DNA of 64,000 nucleotides, taken from Octopus bimaculoides. Its lineage: Eukaryota. The notes below the pieces were generated by a model, which saw only the letters and a program-made list of their open reading frames with translations, was not told the DNA's origin and ran no database searches. The stretch lies in assembly GCF_001194135.2 (NCBI RefSeq), contig NC_068981.1, forward strand, positions 166,955,549 to 167,019,548, in the 5' to 3' direction. Position numbers and translations under genes: made by a program. This document shows, one piece after another, positions 57,786-64,000 of the stretch (positions are counted from its first letter, which is position 1; the number at the start of each line of letters is the position of its first letter).

Positions 57786-60339
57786 ACTGCAGTGGTTTTC
57801 TTTTTTAGTAATTTGGTGGGACTTTATCACAGTAAGCTTCATTTCCATACCATTATCTTCAAATCTGTTATAATTGATTGAAATTAGTGATATCATGAGA
57901 CTTTATGTGTAGATGTTTTTTGCAAGTCCACTAGTAGATTGTAGATGACATGGTGCAGGGAAAGGTAACTGATACTTTCTAGATATTCTTTTCTTTTTGC
58001 TAAATGCAGATTGCTGCTAAAAAACCTTCCAGATTCACCATTCTTGATGAATATTTCAGCAGCAAATGCAGTGTGCCCTTGTCCAAACCATGATGGTAGT
58101 TGAAAAGCAATGGTATTATCATTAGCTACATTAAGGCAATTACCACTTGTCTAACTTCCAGCATCACATTAATAGCCATGTAAAATTTGAGAGTTTTGCT
58201 TTGCCTCATCCTTGCATAATCTGTCACTCAAAAAAGCTAAGGGAATACTTTTCTTTACTAAAAAGTTTGGTTGATACAGTTAATACCAAATTTGAATGCA
58301 GAATTGGTGCAAAACTTTTCTAACCATTTAGAATAAAAAGAAAACATCAGTTAAAAGATTATTTTGTTAGGTAATCAGTTGGAATAACTTATAATACAAA
58401 AGCGTATCTGTATTGATCTCAGATCATCAGCTAACTGTTAGCAATTTCCTTCTATTTGTTTTGTTGTTAAACACTGCTATAACCTAAATATGTTTAATAA
58501 TAAAGCCAACAGATGTCAGAATGTAAGATTGTACTCTAATAAGTGTAAATGTGATCTACTTTTTAAAAATGTATTCATTGACCTGAGAAGCGACTGTTCA
58601 TATATTGCTTTTCATCAGTCTTGGTTATGTAAACTACAAACTGGTGGTCCATCCACCATTGACCATGAATGCTAAATGATGTTGTTTGTGTGTGTATGCA
58701 CACACACATGCTTACATGATAGATTCATTGCATTTATTCAACATCTGAGAGCTTTCTTTCTCTCTATCAAACTAACATTTAGCAAAGTTTGAAAGTTTTT
58801 TTTGAAGTGAAAAAGAAAACCCTGTTGTAATACATCAGTTTGAGACTAGTTGTAATGACTGATACACAATTCCCTTGATAAACCACCTCGACATTTCCTT
58901 AAATGTATTTATCTGTTTTGTTTCTCATGCTGTGGGCTGACAAGCATTGTGTCTTGCCCTATCTTAAAGCAACCTGTAAGTGGTTGGTTGACTTGTTAGA
59001 AAAATCAGCCAAGTCTATTATATCTTGAACAAGGAATACATTGGATAGTTTCTGGTATTCAAATAGACATGATGTTCACAACTGTATTACCTTCAATCAC
59101 AAGTATGCTCAATCATGGATAAGTTGAGACTAAACAACAAAGAAAGGACATGGATGAACATAATCCTACACATCCATGGTCTGGAATGGAATGCCTTTGC
59201 TCATAAGTTTACTCAATAAGATTTGATCTAGATTTAAATAAATAAAAGAAGTTGATTGTTCAGCTCTACTCAAGATTGAATTGTCCAATGTGTCTGACAA
59301 AGGAGAATTAGCTGCTATTTTATAGCAAGTCAGATGACCCACCTTGTATATATATGAACTAATGTTATTCTGTCACTACAACTGGTGTGAGTAAATTTTA
59401 CAATCCATAGCTTGGGTTGAATTAATGTGGAAAAAATAAGCTAAAATAGTTGGGTACCTGTTTTTGGAAAATCTGTGGTGTATTTGTATGTACATGTTTG
59501 ATTAAATTCTAAACTAAAACTCTCTTAGTTTTGTAAAATTTTATGCAATTGTAAATTTTTTTGGTTGTTGGTATAGTTTGTCTTTTTTATTGTAGATACA
59601 TACATCTTCAAATAATGCTTTGACTAGAAGAATGTGAAAAATGAGTTTTTTTATGAGGAAGACATTGCATTGTAGAATAATCCCTCTTATTTTACCTCAA
59701 TGGACTTACAGCCAAGTGAATTTATAGAAGCGTTGTGAGAATTTAGAACTACATAGAATGAGAAAATTTTGCAGATTTATTAGATGGAAATTCTGAAACC
59801 TTGGGAGACAATTCTGTTGCATTAAAACATAAATATTGATGACAGCTACAGAAAGAAGCATTTCAAATGATGAGTGAAGGCTTAACATACAGCTTAAAGA
59901 TGCTGTGTGGAAGGGAATATAGTTTTCAAGATGATTTAGTGAAGAAAATTCTAGACTGACACAGTACTTTAAACTTACTAAAAAAAGAGCTGAAGGAAAT
60001 GTCCACTAATGGCATTAAAAGTATCAGTAGTGAAAGGAGTTTGGTAAAGATTATAATGTAGTTCTGTTCAAATTGTTTAGCTTCCACATAAGAAAGCAAA
60101 ACACCAGATATACAGTTTGTATCTGATGATCTGGTCATTCTTTGTATCATTGGTGAATGGAAAACTTCTTGAGTGGCTGTGAGATTCCATCTGCAAAGTT
60201 CTGAAGTTGTTAATAAAACTTTGCTAAAAAATGTTGTTTACCAATGAATTTACCTTTCAAAGTATAACGAGGCCCAGGTTGCAAGAGTTGCCCGAGTGTG
60301 TTATTTTGAGTGTAGCCCTAGTTGAACTCTTGTATGATA

Positions 60340-60800
60340 AGTGGTTGATGTTAAGAAGGATATACTGCTGTAGAAACCATGCCAAAGCAGACATTGGGAC
60401 TTGATGCAGTCCTCAGGCTCGTCTATTCATGTTGAACTGCTTGACCCATTAGACTGCAGCCATTTGGGGCAATTCTTTGAAGAACTTTAGGCAAATAAGT
60501 TGACCACCAGTACTTATTCTTTAAAGCCTGGTACTTGTTCTATCAGTTTCTTTTGCTGAACCACTAAGTTATAGGTATGTAATCACACTAACACTGGTTG
60601 TCAAGTGGTGGTGGGGGACAGATTTATATATTATATCATCTAATGTCCATCTTGGATGGTTTGACAGGAGCTGGTAAGCCAGAGAACTATGCGAAGCTCC
60701 CCTGTCTGCTTTGGCATGGTTTTACAGCTGGATACCCTACCTAATACCAACCACTGTACAGAGTGGACTTGGTGCTTTTCACATGGCACCGATGAGGTGC
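60340..60800. mobile_element. Nested SINE fragments (A +, C -, A -)
   Basis: Family cores recognisable in both orientations. Confidence 0.55.
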
Positions 60801-60819
60801 CATGTGAAAAGTAATTTGC

Positions 60820-61555
60820 AACACAAAAATCTTACTTGGGCAAAGACCTTTAGCCTGGGATGCTGGTATTTCGCCTTTCCCTACCCACTGTCTTTCGTCC
60901 TTGACATTTTTATAGAGAACCCATTTCTCATCACCAGTCATGATTCGGTCCAAAAACGGTTCTTTTGTGAGATGTGACAGCAAAGGAGGGCACACATTCA
61001 GTCTCTGTATGCGATTTGACTCGGGAAGTTTGTGAGGAACTCATTGACTCAATTTACTGACTTTTCCGATGGCACAAGCAGGTGTTGACTGGTTGAATGA
61101 CCAAATCCAAGCTTCTCTGATAGTTATGATAGGATTTTGTTCCACCAGGGTTTGCAGGACATCCTCGTAGTACTCTACAGATCTTCCAGGATGGGGCTCA
61201 TTTTCTAGGCTGTAGTTTCCGGCTCGGAATTTCTGGAACCACCATTGACACTGGTTTATGCTTATTGTCCAATCCCTATATGCTGCATTAATATTCCTCA
61301 CACTTTCCGTTGCGTTGTTGCCTTTATTGAACTCAAAGCAAATTATGTCAAATATGCTCCTTTGTCACTTCCATTATAGCTTTGAAAAAATAACTTAAGA
61401 TCAAATTGCACTCTTCAAAACTTGCACTAAGTATAACAAGGTAAAATTACTACCTGTTTTTATAGCAAGTTGATGCAAGTAATTTATCCCGTACCCCTCC
61501 AACTTTTAGTTCATGCAATTGAAAAACACCCACATTATTTATGGGATGACCCAAT
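60820..61555 (-). mobile_element. mariner transposase remnant with 5' TIR, 3'-truncated
   Basis: CQWWFQKFRAGNYSLENEPHPGR and EPFLDRIMTGDEKWVLYKN. Terminal attgggtcatcccataaataatg at about 61555. Confidence 0.85.
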
Positions 61556-63109
61556 CTTATGAGTTTCTTGCAGTTTCTTCCTATCAAATCCTCTCACAAG
61601 GCTTTGGTTGGCCCAAGGCTCTATTAGAAGATACTTGCCCTACATGCCATGCAGAAGGACTGGACCCAGAACCATGTGACTGAGAGAAATAAAACCATAA
61701 AATACAAAAAGGAAATTTAGTAAATGTGTAAAATGTTAGATCAGTATAAGACCCTGGGCAGTTATTGTATTCCCTACTGATGAATTTTTGGTTAAAAAAA
61801 TTGTATTTGGTATTATTGTTTTAGGTCAAAACTCAACCAGAAAGAACATTGAACAGTGTCTACTTTCTCTAGGCAACCTCTACTCAAAACAATTCGTTAG
61901 GATCTGGGTTTGAAGAAATAGTTGTAAAGATTAGGACAAATTTCATGAGATTGTTTATTAGTCTGAATTTCTATGAAAAAATATCTAAACAATTGTTTTA
62001 GACTTTTAAATTTTAATGGCAAATGCTCATCACTAAATGATAATTGTTATTGATTCTAAGGAAAATATGTTCTAAAAATAAAGCCATATCTCTGAGGTAG
62101 TTCTGAAAAGCATACAAGCACCCCCATCAATACTTGGATATTCTAAATACTTGATAATAATATGCATTTACTGGAAATGGTGAAAATATCTTTTCACATA
62201 CCATAAAGAAGAATAATAAAACACAGAATTAATAAAAAAATAAAAAACTGAACAAAATGCTAACATTGTAGAAAGTAGTCTTACAATAATAATATGAGGA
62301 GCAAAATGATGAATACATTTTTGCTCCACAGAAAGTTACACTGAACAGTGAGGTCATTCCAACCTGCTTGAGATAGCAACTAAATCTCTCTTGAATTATA
62401 CTTACTATAAGGAGAAGACACATTAGACAATGTAGTACTACAAACTTTTAAAAATGACAGAAATCAGGGTTCACTTAGTGCTAAACAACAATGACAGCTG
62501 GCCAATATATAGAAGTATAATTTTGAATGTAATTAGGGAATCAACTCTACCTTACCTCTCTTGGCTTTGTGCCTGATTAAAAGGAGGAAATATATTGAAT
62601 GCTTTTTTTTTTGTTGCAAAAAACTTGTTTTGCTAAGGATAAATTGTTTTTTTATCTGCTTAGTCAAATGACCATTAGAAAATAATTTTTGAGTTAATTA
62701 GTAAAATATATATTTTTATATTTGAATTTATAAAATAATTTTTTATTGTTTGGTTATTATATTTGTCTTAGAACAACTTTTGTTTTCTATTTTATTTGAT
62801 AATGATTTATCTTTATTTGATTTATGTTAATGTAGTAAACAGGAAAGTAATTAGCAAATGGAAAAACAACATGGGGTAGAGAAGACTTTTTGGTCTTGTT
62901 GGAAACAAAAGTGTTGGTGCCACAATGAATGCATCCATTTACACTCTGTAAAGTAAATTGATAGAAAAGGCGCTCAACCATAGAAACCATGTCAAAATTG
63001 GAATATACATGCAAGATAGAGATCTGTGATGACCATCTAATTCATAGCCAGTATGGGAAGCAGGTGTAAAATGATGATGACGACGACAAAGTTTTGTCTT
63101 CTGTATATT

Positions 63110-64000
63110 TCTAATTTTAATATGTATTTCATAAATCTTAGCTCCCACACTGGCATCGATCAATGAGATTATTTATGTCTCATGGATAAAAACTTATTGG
63201 CTTTGATGCTAAGAAATCTTTGAAAGCTGATTCCACCTCTGGTTTGGACCTAAAAGTTTTATCACTTAAAAACGTATTTAAATGCTTAAAAAACTGGTAG
63301 TCAGTGGGTGAAAGATCAGGAGAATATAGAGGATGTGGTAAAGTCTTGTATCCCAAGTCTGTGAGTTTCTGCAGTGTCATTCTTGCAACATGTGACTTTG
63401 CATTATCGTGGGGCAGAATTGGGCCATGCTGATTCACCATTACAGGTTTTATTTTTTAAAAGTGAGCATGCATTTCAGCTAATTGCAATAAAACTCTGCT
63501 GTAATGGACAACACCAATTGCTGTAATGGACAACACCAGACAGTTCCCATAATCTTTTGCTAATGCAACTTTGGCTTTGGGAAATGTTCAGGGGGACTCA
63601 TCAATCAACCTATTGAAATGATTGTTTATGGTTATCATAAAGGATCCACTTTTCATCGCAAGTGACTATTCGGTCAAGAATAGGATCATTGGTGTTTTGC
63701 AGAAAGAGCATCAAGCACACTTCAAAACATGGAACTTTATTTTCATTGAGCTCATGTGATACCCATTTATCAAGCTTTTTCATCTTACCAATCTTCTGCA
63801 GATTGCGTGAGACCGTTGCAATACCGATACCAAGTACCTGAGACATTTCTCCGACACTTTGACGTGGGTTTTGTTCAATAATTGCTTTCAATTGTTCATT
63901 GTCAAGACTGCATGACCGTCCTCTACCATCTTTATCGTCAAGGCTCTCATCACCACTTTGAAATTCCTGAAACCACCTTCGTACTGTGCAATCACTTGTG
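63110..64000 (-). mobile_element. mariner transposase remnant, runs off the window end; 20-bp tandem duplication at 63497-63538
   Basis: KKLDKWVSHEL, DRIVTCDEKWILYDN, HDNAKSH and HPLYSPDLSPTDY motifs. Confidence 0.92.

Noticed and set aside
59700-60200. Codon-like stretch (TLNLLKKELKEM...), possibly an exon or LINE endonuclease
   Set aside because: Stops in all frames and no convincing motif; at most an old unclassifiable TE fragment.
61825-61913. Possible second exon for the MASTSTVE gene (GQNSTRKNIEQCLLSLGNLYSKQF)
   Set aside because: The acceptor and phase fit, but there is no recognisable homology and only weak donors before the stop.

Overview
AT-rich, microsatellite- and SINE-dense animal genomic DNA from a gapped scaffold (8 N-runs). 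The repeat landscape suggests an octopus or other coleoid cephalopod, which is my inference. (1) 128-18027 (+): the last 11 coding exons of TRAPPC8 (Trs85). All splice phases are consistent, with one GC-AG intron and one CAGCAGCAG acceptor. Its introns carry a Helitron, SINEs, a piggyBac-type MITE, a hairpin and a fossil hammerhead. (2) About 19-53 kb: no host gene found. The region is transposon remnants (Penelope-like elements, piggyBac, mariner/maT, CR1-like, RTE, L1/Tx1, SINEs, MITEs) plus long near-perfect inverted repeats. (3) About 53.7-57.3 kb: a CpG-retaining promoter-like region with a probable first coding exon (MASTSTVE) of an unidentified + strand gene, followed by intron-like DNA with more mariner remnants. 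The most interesting signal is four type-I hammerhead ribozyme motifs of the Penelope-associated kind (14353-14399 -, 30360-30443 -, 32899-32984 +, 35256-35343 +). Two are same-family, ORF-less units showing compensatory base changes in helices I and II. Three have a 57-59 nt helix II. Two sit in 109-119 bp inverted duplications whose antisense arm stops just after the CUGANGA box. All alignments and folds were done by eye, and TE boundaries are approximate unless a TIR or TSD is given.
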